A DNA stretch of 63,993 nt, filler included, from Basidiobolus ranarum (lineage: Eukaryota), in assembly GCA_040143965.1 (NCBI GenBank). It is 3 parts of 3 records of this genome, joined end to end, with 100 filler letters (N's around TTAATTAATTAA, not from the genome) between each part and the next. Parts side by side here need not be neighbours in the genome. Positions count along the whole stretch, not along the records: positions 1 to 21,695 come from JASJQH010000198.1; 2 more parts are not named here. One strand, written 5' to 3'. The notes under the pieces are model-generated. The model was not told where the DNA came from. It was given only the letters and a program-made list of their open reading frames with translations, and ran no database searches. Each line of letters begins with the position of its first letter. Positions within the stretch are counted from its first letter, which is position 1. A program made the position numbers and the translations under genes. Shown here piece after piece: positions 1 through 12,112 of the stretch.

Positions 1-256
1 TTTGAAGAATTAAGATTTAAGTTAGGATTAAGATATATGAATATTTAGTTGAGTGGGAGTGTTGAAGTTTATTGTCTTTATCATATTTATTATCTCTATC
101 TTTATACACCTAACTATTCCATATATCACATATAAGTTAGTTAACATTACTTAGTCATATATCACCTAATAGCAAATTGGAGCATATATTATATATATAT
201 GTGAATAATGTGAGAATTAGCAATTCCATATTGGAAATAGCCCCATATCTCAAACA
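1..256 (+). mobile_element. 3' end of a Ty1/copia retrotransposon: RNase H tail, polypurine tract and internally deleted LTR (family B, 60-256)
   Basis: Bases 1-30 translate FEELRFKLGL, like a copia RNase H C-terminus. Purine tract GAGTGGGAG (51-59) is followed by TGTTG at 60 and the unit ends CAAACA at 256. 110-163 and 213-238 match the reverse complement of 43399-43452 and 43294-43319. Confidence 0.75.
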
Positions 257-936
257 TTGGGTCAAACGTATTGTGACTTTATAGAAGAAAAAATAGGTTT
301 TACTTTTATGAAGCCTCGGTGGAAGTAGATACATTGTTCCCCTGCTTAACATTCCATATGACAGCGTTTCTATCAACTGGTTTTATAAAGAACTCAGGGT
401 CGGGACCAGTGTTGACCTCACAGATAAAACACAATCAACCAGTACTTTCATTGATAGCTCAGAATTGAAAGTAATCAAATGCATGCATGATATACTTTAT
501 TAGTCAAAAAATACTCATATCCTATTGATGTTTACAAAGCCTTCAACAACGAGAAATAGCATCTGCATTCAAATTATGACCAAGAAAAATGACACTGCAA
601 TCGATGTTACCTGATCCTGTTTATCCACAGGTACTGCCTTGTTTGAGCACTTACTGATTTTGTAGCGCCATAATAATCAGCACATGGTGCTTCCTTTACA
701 CTATTATTATTGGTGTACAACGCACATCATACCGGATTCAACCTGTTACGATTATAGACAACTGGTGCAGGTACATTCTATCTTGAACGGCGTAACGGTA
801 TAAGGCATCATAAAATACACAGATTTCGGTTTAGGGTATTGTAATTACTAATCAACTGGACGACGTAATAAGTAGCTGGCGTAGTAGCGAGCGTGAGTAA
901 GAAAGAAAATATCTCGGAAACGTTCAAATATCGAAT

Positions 937-2142
937 ATGGAGGATGAACTTAAGAGTCTACACAATCACCCCCTTGGTGAGGCAGCCCGTAAGTTATATT
1001 CATTAGAACCTGGTTATATTAATCTTAACAACGGAAGTTTTGGAACTGTTCCTCTATATGTGGAAAAGGCGAGACGCAGTTGGCTAGAAAGGGGTGAAAA
1101 AAATCCAGACAAATGGTTGCGTCTTGACTATGTCCAAGAATATGACCGAGTACGAAACGAAGTAGCAGACTATGTGGGTGCTGACAAAGAAAATTTGGTA
1201 TTTGTTCCTAACGCTACCGCTGGCATTTGCTCGGTGATCCGTTCTCTTAGATTCACACCAGGAGAAAAAGTGGTTTATTTTAGTACCACTTATGATGCAG
1301 TCCAGCAATTACTCTTTTATCTGCAAGAAACACAAGGATTGTCACTTATAGAAGCTCCGGTTGATTTTCCTTTCAAAGATGAAGAATTTTTATTCGCAAT
1401 GGAGGAACTTCTCGATAGAGAGCATGATGTTAAACTGCTCATTGTTGATGCGATTTCTTCTTTACCTGGAGTTATCTTTCCATTCCAACAGTTGGTTCGA
1501 ATTTGTAAGTCGAAAGGAATTCTAGTTTTAGTGGATGCTGCTCATGCCTATGGCCAGATTCCCCTAAAGCTTGAAGAATTGGACGCTGATTATTTTGTGA
1601 CAAATATTCACAAGTGGGGACAATGCTCTCGTCCCTGTGCCTTGTTGCATGTTGCAGAAAAGCATCAGGCGGATATCCATCCCACATCAATATCTCATGG
1701 ATATGCAACTCGGAAATTCTATGATGATTTCTTGTGGACTGGTACAAATGATTATAGTCAAATCATGTCGGTCACTGCAGCACTTCAGTTTCGCAAGGCT
1801 ATTGGAGAGGAGAGGATTCTTACATATATACATGAATTAGCACGTCAAGGCGGGCAATTAGTTGCCGAAATTCTTGGTACTGAAGTAATCGGTGACGAGC
1901 ATCAAACAGGAGCCATGGTTAATATCCGACTGCCTCTTTCTGATCAGCATGGAGATAAATATATTCGTCATCTTGTAGTAACATTATTGGAAAATTACAA
2001 TATTGCAATAACAGTTTACCAGTACAGAAACATCTGGTACACTCGCCTGTCTGCTCAGATATATAATTATCTGGATGAGTTTGAAACTGTTGGTCACCTG
2101 GCTAAGGCCCTAATTGAAGGCAAGAACCCACCACCGTTATAG
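937..2142 (+). CDS. Class-V PLP-dependent aminotransferase/lyase, Egt2 (hercynylcysteine sulfoxide lyase)/isopenicillin-N-epimerase-like; intronless
   Basis: 401-aa ORF with LNNGSFG, VPNATAG, VDAAH, PLP-lysine motif TNIHKW, WTGTND and C-terminal RLSAQIYN. Confidence 0.85.
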   Translation: MEDELKSLHNHPLGEAARKLYSLEPGYINLNNGSFGTVPLYVEKARRSWLERGEKNPDKWLRLDYVQEYDRVRNEVADYVGADKENLVFVPNATAGICSVIRSLRFTPGEKVVYFSTTYDAVQQLLFYLQETQGLSLIEAPVDFPFKDEEFLFAMEELLDREHDVKLLIVDAISSLPGVIFPFQQLVRICKSKGILVLVDAAHAYGQIPLKLEELDADYFVTNIHKWGQCSRPCALLHVAEKHQADIHPTSISHGYATRKFYDDFLWTGTNDYSQIMSVTAALQFRKAIGEERILTYIHELARQGGQLVAEILGTEVIGDEHQTGAMVNIRLPLSDQHGDKYIRHLVVTLLENYNIAITVYQYRNIWYTRLSAQIYNYLDEFETVGHLAKALIEGKNPPPL

Positions 2143-2429
2143 CTTTTATTTAGTTAGTATAGGTCTTGAAATATGCCTCCCCCTTGCTCACGTATAGGCA
2201 ACGCTGAACAAATTAATTCCTTGTGATTGCATATCTCTGGTTAAAGATATATTGAATTATTAGTACATGATTAAAGCTCTCTCGTCCACAATTGATTGAC
2301 TCTGAGAGATTTAGTGGGTGTAAGCAAATAATACTTCTACAAGCCTGCAAGTATAGTGGTCAAAGCCATGATGGTAAAAGTTTGTATTTAATTTAATATA
2401 ATATTTATAAATATAGCCAATGATCCATG

Positions 2430-2759
2430 TGTTGAAATTAGCATTGCCTAAACACCTATATAGTCATATATAGCTTAGTACTTAGTTATCTTATAATTCA
2501 CTAAGATATTATTCATTATTCTCACAAGGAATTTACTTAGAAGTTTGAAGATATATATATATTTTCAAACTTGTGCTAGAAGCCCCAAACTTTGCACACA
2601 TGTTCCTGGGACCTTCCTTAACACATTCTACAATTTAGTTTGCTTACATCTTGACAAAACTATAAATGTCAACTTTCTACTCAATAAATCAATAAGTGAG
2701 AACCACCAATTCCCCTAATTCTCCAAACCACTTCCAACAGGCTCCCAGATACTTTAACA
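2430..2759 (+). mobile_element. Solo LTR (family A, 330 bp) with 5-bp target-site duplication
   Basis: Starts TGTTGAAA, ends TTTAACA, flanked by CCATG at 2425-2429 and 2760-2764. Colinear with the LTR at 41710-42046 that follows a copia RNase H remnant. Confidence 0.9.
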
Positions 2760-4638
2760 CCATGATCTTGGTACAAGAAGCATGCTGATCTCAAAACTAG
2801 GTCACTAACTGTAATGAGTACAGGTGTACATAACACCACCAGGAGTAGTGAGATCTCCTTGATAATATCAATGGCTATTATTTGGTTTAGTATTAGGTCA
2901 TGTAGCAAATATCAAGTTGAATCATGCAGTGAATGCTGAGATAATCTCTATTTAAAAATGCATGCACAAAAATTAATCAGTTCTGAGCATTATTGTTTAT
3001 TGATAAAATATGCCTGTAATATGGCTAACTGTACAAATGTATTTATCGAGTGACGCCTGTATGAGACACATTGATGATAGCTGCAGTGCTGGATGTATGC
3101 TTATTTTACACAGTGGTCAAGGAAAAATATTCTCGTTAGAGTTTAAAATATATTCTTAGCAAACTACCCCCTGCTTGTCACTGATTAAACTAACATGTAT
3201 TTAAGAAGTGGAGAAATCCTAAATATAGATACGAGATATATTCTTAATTTAGTGCTTTGGTAACGCCTGTAAGATTGGTTTGAAATTGTTCCTCTTCTCA
3301 ATCTCTGAGATATATTCGAAATTGAAGAGACTGGTGAAATATTCAGTAAATAGGAATTGAATGTGCTAAACGTGATATATGAATATTTCGGTGCATCTCT
3401 AGTATTTCTTATCTAAATCAACTTTATTCACCCGATGAAATAGGTGCAGAATTCAAATTCAGTATTATTAGCTATTGTGCATTCACAAATCATTAAATTT
3501 CTTCAACCACTTAAGCTTTAAGTATTCCGCGTTAGATCGGCTACGGCCGATCTATAAGTGTTACTTGCGAGTTATTAAATGTCGATAGGAGCGTCATATT
3601 CATTGCACTATTGGATGAGTTCAATCTCGACTCTTATCGTGATACACGAAGTTAATGGCTACTTACCCATGAAGGTAGGGACTCATTGTACTCTGTACGC
3701 GTAGCAATGCATGCTCTCTGAGTTTTAAGTGAATATTTCAAAGCCAATAGGCTGTAAGAAAGAGGTTTGTATTTCCATAGTAATGGAGTGGTGATGTTTG
3801 ACCTCCAACATCTAACCCTCTGGCTCTTATTGCCCCATGCAATCCTACTCTAGTCTGCCTTCAATCCCTTACTCAATAAGCATGGTGTAGAAATAGGTTT
3901 CAAAGTTTTCCCATCTCTATTACAATGTGCGGATGGATTCATCGTGATTTAAGAATAAAGTTCAGGTGTGCATGCCTAGCGCAACATACGAGATGTGTTT
4001 TTGCATACACTCAGGCCCTACAATTACCGAGTTAATTAGTAACAGGGTTGAGCCATCAGATAGGTTAGACAAGCATTGAATGTGCAATCCAAAGAGGAAT
4101 GTTTTTCCCGTGCTCACAAAGCGAATCAAACTACTCCAGAGTTGTCCCATGTTGAACAAACTCTTACATCAAAGTAGAAACATGACTCATGATATAATAA
4201 GCCAATTTGAGTTTGAATCACTGTGTTGTATCTAGAAGTGAATGAATTTATATTTATAGCGCGGTACTTTCATGTGGTTAAAATTCCCTCTCCTGATCAG
4301 CAAGTAACAAATACTTATTTTGGCGTTCAACCGGTATCTGTGTGATTGAAGATGATTTCACATGCATTTGAGTTTGGAAGTCTATAATGGGACTGAGAAA
4401 CATAGCATCAAGTAAAGACAAATGCTCTTACTACACTAAAGGTAATAATCAATTTACAAAAGAATTTGTTACCATTCCCATTACTGCTGCTTAAGATGTA
4501 CCCCAAATGTCGAATGGGAACAATGTCTGGCTGAGATGCGTCGATGAAGTACAACCGAAAGGCTTGCCAATATAAATATTCCTCTTCGTCTTGAACAATT
4601 CCTTACCTGAATATCCCTCGATATCTTCACTCTTATCC

Positions 4639-5716
4639 ATGAAACTAATATCCGCTCTGTCTTTTCTCTCCGTGGCAATTTCTTTGGTGGCTTCTGTACC
4701 AGTCGTTAAGCGCGAAGGATCTGAGGTTGAAGCAGGTACGAGGGAGATGTTAATTCGCCACGGCAATTATGCCGCTGCCAGCTACTGTTTGAAACCACGA
4801 GTAATGAAGTGGGACTGTGGCAGCCGATGCTCGGGAAATGTCAAAATAACCTCATATTTTGAAGATCTATTGAGTGGCCTCGCAGGTTATGTCGGGGTGA
4901 ATCACGAGGAGAAAACTATTATCGTAGCATTTAGAGGGTAGAGCTATTACCACATCCTTCCACATTCACCATTGTGCTAACAAAGCCATTTCCTTCTATT
5001 AGGTCATCAAACATTCGTAACTGGGTTCACGATTTTGATTTCTTACCTTTAGACTTTGTTTACCCTGATTCTGAAAAGGACACCCTTGTTCATGGAGGAT
5101 TTCTGAAAGCATTCAACAGTGTCTCAGAAGATGTAATTTCTGGGCTTAAGCAAGTAATCGATCAATTACCTACCAATCCTGAAGACTATGAACTACTAGT
5201 AACTGGCCACTCGCTTGTAAGCTACACTTATCATTAGTTGTTGATGCTACATCTTAATCATTGGGTTTTTTGTAGGGCGGTGCTGTTGCAGTTGTTGGTG
5301 CCATGGAGATCAAGAATCATCTTATTAATCCAAAGAGTCCTCGTTGTATCACTCCACCAACCAAGACCATCAATCCATCGAAAGTTCTTCTGCATACTTT
5401 TGGCCAGCCTAGAGTCGGGAATGCGAAATTTGCCAGTCTAGTGTACAAAACACTTTCCAACTCAACCATAACTAACAATTTGATCCGTGTGACTTCCAAG
5501 AACGATCCCGTGCCCCATCTTCCACCTGACTCTTTTGGATTTTTGCACTCTCCACATGAAGTTTATATCCACTGGTTGACTGGAAAGACCGTTAGTTGTA
5601 ATGATGGCTCTGGCAACGTAATAAGTGAAGATCAAGACTGCATCCGTGGGTACCTGCCTGTCGATGCTATTTCCCACATGACATACTGGGATCTGAAGTT
5701 TGGCCCTTGGTGCTAG
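4639..5716 (+). CDS. Secreted class-3 triacylglycerol lipase (3 exons: 4639-4937, 5003-5216, 5276-5716)
   Basis: Signal peptide MKLISALSFLSVAISLVAS. Splicing restores VAFRGSSNIRNW and the nucleophile motif GHSLGGA. Also VHGGF, TFGQPRVGN, DPVPHLPP and C-terminal catalytic His (SHMTYW). Confidence 0.93.
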
Positions 5717-6223
5717 AATAATCTGCAGTCTATTCAATAAAATTGCCTTTAGTTAAAGCATCGGTCTAACTTTTGTATTAAAAATAAGACTCTGGAAAAG
5801 TTTAAAAAATAGGAGTCAGTTGGTCAATAATGACATCTATCCAATACTGTCGAATTCTTACTAGGCCAATGTTGTAAACAGACATTTTAACAAAGACTAG
5901 ATAGTGAGAACAATATGGCATTTCAAGAAATCTATGTGCACTAACACCATTCCACTCGAGTATGATTACTTGCTTAGGCTTTAGGAAGAATCACAGTGTC
6001 ACTCCTTCAGCCTTACGTTATGTGAAAGCCATCCAAAACTCCCCGGTTATAAAACCTTTGGGATGTACGTTCTCCACCTCAAGAGTCGATCCCCCGGTTA
6101 TGAGTGAAGTAACTGGGCTGTACCTTGATCAATTGTGTAACTGAATGAATGTACTCCAATATGTCACACAGATAATTTACGTCCGAGATCTCGAATTTTT
6201 GTCCGCTTCAGTATAAGCGTATG

Positions 6224-6247
6224 TATATATATATATATATATATATA
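6224..6247. repeat. (TA)12 microsatellite
   Basis: Perfect TA run read directly. Confidence 0.9.
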
Positions 6248-7231
6248 GCTGATCCCTGCATCCCACTACAATCCTTGGCCGCCAACTTACTCAATTCATG
6301 ATTTAATCTCTATTAATAAATTAGTAACGGGGTATTGCTCTTGTACTCAAATTTGGATAGAGCGTTGTACCTCCTGACGAAGAATACATGGTGTATTCAA
6401 TTTACTAGAATTTCTGACATATATTTACAGGAACTCGGACCACAATAGTTTCTGTCGGCAATGATTACACAAAATGTAAATAAGTTTACAGAACACTAGA
6501 ATACCTAAATCTTCAATACTACAACTCAACAAACGTATTACTTAGCCTCATAGCCTGTTCAATGGAAAAATATGATGGATACAAGTTACAAAGAATCAAC
6601 AGACACTTAAAACAAGTGGTAATCAGGTGTTGAGTGAAAGGAACACTCACAATTTGCCTCCTTAATATATACCTTTATCACTCGACAAATGTATCTGGGT
6701 AATTGTTACCTAGGAAATTTAAGCATGCTCATTACTTAAACACTGGATATAGAGGAAGGCATCTTTCCCTATTCTCTTAGGAAGACATGAGAGAACTACA
6801 GTCATTTCAAAATACAGCACACTCTATATTTGTTACTCTCCTTATTGATGATGTATTTTTCAGTGTATAGCCTTTGAATTATATTATTTGCACTCGTGGA
6901 AATTCTCTCTCTTGCCTGTAAACAGTAAGTTTGTTTAACTACTAAAGTTCGCAACTTACTACAAAAATGATTTCTACTGGGACTAAACAAACGCAATATC
7001 AATTTAGAAACCTTGGAAGTACTGACAGATAGAGCATAGCACATCTTTGAACCACATGTGAATACAGCAGATGTCCAATGTCTCAATTTCCTCAAATTTC
7101 CATTTTTAGTCTATGAAGCGACGAAATCCATCCTATTGAGCGATTGTTTATTTTCAGTAGAAAAATTGTATTAAGGCTAGCTAAGAGTAGTAGGTGTCGG
7201 TCTTCGCGTTATCTAGAGCACTTGCAACACC

Positions 7232-8929
7232 ATGGAAACCCCTTCTATAGAACTTATAAAACGTCAGTTTTTTCAAATGGTGCCTATCCGTTTATTTAAC
7301 TGGGTAGAGTTTTTTACTTGTATTTAGAGGTGTTTTTGATTTAATGGCGCTCAACGCTATATTAAATTAGGGTATAGGGGACAGTAAAGAGTTAAGTAGT
7401 TTCTATGCTAAACCAGAGGTTCAAGACGAATTTTACGAGAAGGTACTTCACATTCTGTATCTTGAAGTTTTTAAAATCTGCAGTAAAATTAATATTTGAC
7501 TATACGTGCTTAGATCATCAATGATGCCATTTTTACCAAGTTTCCCTGCTCTCCAAACTATACTTTGAACTTTTTCAAAGCATATATTAAAATTCTGGAA
7601 AGCCAACAAGAAAATGTAAGTGGATCAGTGTTAAAAGAGGCTTATGTTTTAATCGATTGAATATACTTTAACATCTAAACTATTGCTCAGGAAATTTCGG
7701 AAAACATCCTTGAGTATTACCTTCAACTGATGATGGAAACAAAGTAGATATTTCTCCGATACATCTTGGTTACATTCGGATTTTAGATTAAGCTATTTTT
7801 TATTACTAAGACGTGTGTCAGGGCCACCAACAGAGGCTTGTTTCAAGACGTATTATCTAGATGAAAATTGTAACTCTTGGATCACCATCAAAGAAGACCA
7901 GCGGTTGATTTCACAAGGTCATTGTTATCCTTTGTTGTGACACAAATCTAAAGACTAAACTTTCTATTGATACAACAGGCACCACAGGACTACGAACTTG
8001 GTATATATTCTATTTCTCATATCTAAATCAAGTAGGAACACCACTCATTAGTTCTTGATATTAATCACTGGCTCGGCAATTAAATTAGGGAAGCAAGGTA
8101 TCGAATCTTTCAATTATTAACCTTGATATTACGCGTCATTTACGCTCTTTCGACAAAGTTTGAATATAGCAGAATATTTCAAATCTCACCCTGAAACCAT
8201 CCAAAACAAGAGTGTATTAGAGCTTGGATCTGGTGTAGGCTTTTTAGGTAAGAGCGAGCATGTTTTAGCAGATAATCATGTATTGGGAGTCTAACGATAA
8301 ATTAATCGCCAGGGCTTTACTGCTCTCATGCTGGAGCTAAACAAGTCATCATGACAGACTACAGTGAACATGTATTGACCGGACTGGAGAACAATATTCG
8401 CCTGAGTGTGTATTTAATAGCACCTGTTGAATATCCATATGAAATACTAATCTAATTCAGACTGCCAACAGTGCCCAAATGCCTCCAGTTCTAGACTCTC
8501 TTGGGAAGATCTGGAAGAAAGCGAGGTTGCCAACCACCAGTTTGATCTGGTTATTGGAACCGATGTGGTACTATGTTTTTAGATGTTGTTCTTCTCGATT
8601 TATCACTCATAGCCTTCATGTGTTAGACATATGACGCAGCGATCATTCCAGTGTTGGTCCGAGTGTTTAAGCATTTCCTAGTCCGTGGATCGGAAGTCAT
8701 ATTAGCAGCCACGATCCGAAACCAGCAGACATTCGATCAACTTGGCATCAGTACAGGTATTATGTTATTGTATTTGATATATGGTGTATCGGCTTTAACC
8801 AATTTGCTCTTAGATGAGGAAGGGATCAAGGTAGAGAACCTACCCCTGTGCCAAGAAGGCCAATTCTTCTACCGTGAGGAGATTGCACAAGTAGTAATAC
8901 TGAAACTTAGCCTAGAAGCATCACAATGA
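7232..8929 (+). CDS. Protein-lysine N-methyltransferase, EFM3/EEF2KMT (FAM86)-like; many short exons
   Basis: Exons translate METPSIELIKRQFFQMVPIRLFNW, FTKFPCSPNYTLNFFKAYIKILE (FAM86-like), TTGLRTW, SAM motif VLELGSGVGFLG, DLVIGTDV, ATIRNQQTF; GT-AG boundaries between them. Mostly missed by the ORF track. Confidence 0.82.
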
Positions 8930-9311
8930 TGAAGAATTATGAATACTCGCAATACAGTAGTAGGATTGACCAGTTCGTGTGAAAAGGATTTCTAAGAGTT
9001 TTTATTTTTTTTTGAATTTCCTTGTTTATAATAACATTTTACCAACTGTACAATTGCAATTGGATCAAAAGCCCCTGGATGAATTAATCCATTCCCTCTC
9101 TCTCTATGCAAAGTTGAATGGGTTTCTAAATTTACAAAGTTAGTTTGTTTAGTATATGTATAGTTACTCTAGACAACGTGGAGCTCATTGCTCGTGAGAA
9201 TCAAATTAGTTTAGATGGGTGTTGTGATAGTTTAAAGTACTTTAAAGTTCTGAAACAAAAATGGCGTGTTTAAATCGAGTAACTCCCGCGCACAAAGAGA
9301 TCGTCGGTTAA

Positions 9312-9695
9312 TTAATCCCCTCGTATGAGGGCTGGAGTGAGACTAACTTTTATGGTGAATTCATCAGCAGATAAGATGTCATCGAAGGATATTCTACCCG
9401 GTGGTAGAGCGTCACCAACGTCAGTGCGATATGGAACTCTACAACAGGAGTATTTCCTTGATTTAGCTTGTTCACTATTTACACTTGACTGACTAGCTTT
9501 CCGGAGACTTGAATGTCGGAACAGTTGTTGGAGCAAAGAGTTCCTAGAGGTTTTGGTAGTGTTGGTGGAGCTAGCACTGGATGAATTCTCACTGACTTCA
9601 GAATCATTGCTTCGAAGGTGTTTCGTGGTGGTTGACCTTCGAAGTCGATCCCGAAGTCTAGTTCCACGTTCCTTGAAACTCGACAGTTTGTTCAA
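9312..9695 (-). CDS. Hypothetical Ser/Arg-rich protein; 5' end undefined (ORF starts at a non-ATG codon, upstream exon likely)
   Basis: 127-codon open frame, low complexity, ending ISFDDILSADEFTIKVSLTP, a C-terminal motif type I recall from uncharacterised fungal proteins. Confidence 0.55.
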   Translation of the reverse strand: MNKLSSFKERGTRLRDRLRRSTTTKHLRSNDSEVSENSSSASSTNTTKTSRNSLLQQLFRHSSLRKASQSSVNSEQAKSRKYSCCRVPYRTDVGDALPPGRISFDDILSADEFTIKVSLTPALIRGD

Positions 9696-10657
9696 ATGGA
9701 GACTCTACTCACTAGTGAGCACAGGATGTCGTCTCAATACTGTTCTTGTCACCAGAGCGAAATAATCTTGGGAACCGAGAAGGAACAGTGACAGGAACGA
9801 GGAAAGAGGTGGCGTCTAAGAACAAATCTGACTGGAGTATGCGAGTCGGGAGAGATATCACTACTTCGATGAGTGCTAGTTCATATTTAAATGACTTTGC
9901 TCACATAATTGATAATCACCATTCCATTGTTAATCAAGCAGTTCATTTATTTCCCCGAGAAATCGCACCTAGACACGCATTGGCGATCTATTGAGTAATT
10001 CACCGGGAATCGTCACCTCAGAAAATCGCACTCCACCAAGATTGTTGGGCACTATGATGAGGGAGGGTCACTGCTAACTATCATCCCCTTCTCTAACAAA
10101 GCCTTTCTATTTTTATCTCATTTGGACTGGAATGAGTTACGGAGACGCGCTGTGATATTCCCCATTGATTGATTGTCCCATAATGCTGGGTACAGAAGCA
10201 ACAATAGACTCTATTCTTGTACACTTGGATTCCATTCCATTGAATAAGCTGATCAAATATGGAAGGATGATTATATTCGAGGATCTATTTTGTACAATAC
10301 GATTTGATCAAGGTTTAGAGCGTACGCTTTGCTCAGTAAAAACATATTCTACAACACGTGAAGACTTGGTAAGGGGTGGGGAGTTAATCCTCTTTCTTCA
10401 AATTTGAGTTTATTTATTATGGCAATTCAAGCTCTAATGATTAAATTTACCATTGAATAAATACCATCTATCTACATTAAATAAAGAAAGGAAATGATAT
10501 CTATATTCGCCAAGTGGGACATACCTAGCTGAACATGTTTATACCATTGTATATGGTCTTTAATCCCATTTAGGGATGGTAGAAAAGATAAAGATAGTAT
10601 AGAAATAATTCCACGGATGACCTTTTAATGATTGAATAGTTTCACTTTTCATGTCGA

Positions 10658-11478
10658 TTATTTCTTTAAAATTTGGTTAGAGTTGGTGGTGGAGGAGGAG
10701 GTAAGCGTAGCTGAGTTGTTAGACCCTTTCTCACTACCGAATATTTTCATTCTAGCCGCCTCATATTCTGCTTTTCTTTCTTCAATGGTTTTATTGCGAG
10801 CGTTTGCGGAGTCGTTCGGATCCTTCTTAGGCAATCTATCTTTGTTGGTTCTTCGAAGAATTTTTACCTTGGATGCAATAGAGTAATTGAGTAAATAGGA
10901 GCAAGAAATTAGGAAGGGGGGGGGTAAAAAGGTATGAAGAGTATAGAGGAAGGAAGTCAAGAGAGGCCCCGAATAGGAAATGATCTTTATTGTTGTCAAC
11001 TTCATGAAATATGCTCACTTCCCAAAACTGAGGGGGAGGGAAAAGGTAAAGTGATATCAGAGGTACTTAAAGATTGGAGTAGAGAGAAATAAAACAAAAG
11101 TAATATTTACCGGTTCAACATATCCTGTACGTAAATCATCGTTACGCACAACCTCAATCGGTCCATAAGAATTACTATAGTGAAAGGGAGGTGGAACAAA
11201 CACAAAGATAAGTGATTGAGTTTTCTATGATATCTTCTATTTCTTCGATACTAACGCTTTTTTCCACAACTCATGGTTTATTTTCTCTTCATCTTCCTCG
11301 TTAACTATTGGTTTTGGTTCAAACTAAAGAGTAGGAAAAACTGTTAGTAAAAAAGGACGTATCGCATTGAAATAAAGTAGATGTTTAGTTCACAAAGTTT
11401 ACATTCCTATAGGTTTTATATTATACATACCCCGGCATCCTCAGCTGCCTCCCAGTCATCCCAAGGCTCTTCTGACAT
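10658..11478 (-). CDS. SUZ-domain protein (SZRD1-like), multi-exon
   Basis: First exon MSEEPWDDWEAAEDAG, internal ELWKKA, last exon KVKILRR...KTIEERKAEYEAARMKIFG (SUZ signature). Confidence 0.8.
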
Positions 11479-12112
11479 GATAGCAAACTTGAAAGTGCTG
11501 AGGAAAAAAGTATCCTAACCAATTTACCATTCATTAAATTACAATGATCTTGCCATATTAACAAAGAAAAATTCCATTTGACAATTCACTCACTGGATTA
11601 GCAAGGTCGATTGAATTTCGAATGAAATAAGGGGCTCACATGTTAATTATTGGATATAACTCACTCACCAATCGTGTAAATCGATACATTGACGTATACT
11701 TAGATTAGTGGATGCCTATCATTCATTAATATTTCCTGTTGTTTATTATTAAATAAAATGGAAGTGTTCTTTTGTTAAAGAAACTGAGGGACTCGAGGAA
11801 TAAAGTAAAATATCGCTACAAGAAACAGATCGTCAGTGTACTGGAAAGTAGATAAGTGAAGGAAATAAATAAAGATAGTGTGCGTTGGTGGACAAATGGG
11901 ATATGAGAAGAAAGAAATCGAGAATTGGCGAGACCTATACACTACAAGTGTCGAACACACAACCTTTAGCCAAATTACTGGGTTGAACAAACATAACTAT
12001 CTTTTTTTGTAGTTTTTTAGCTCCTAACATATTATAGCTTTAGATGTTTCCAAAATACATGCTTAGAAATCACACAGATATGATGTGTAGATACATAAGC
12101 GCCGATCGTGAC

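Noticed and set aside
60..2759. Single LTR element that captured the Egt2-like gene
   Set aside because: Flanking LTRs are different families and the right LTR has its own TSD.
3659..3685. TACTTACC resembling the U1 snRNA 5' end
   Set aside because: No U1 stem-loops or Sm site recognisable downstream.
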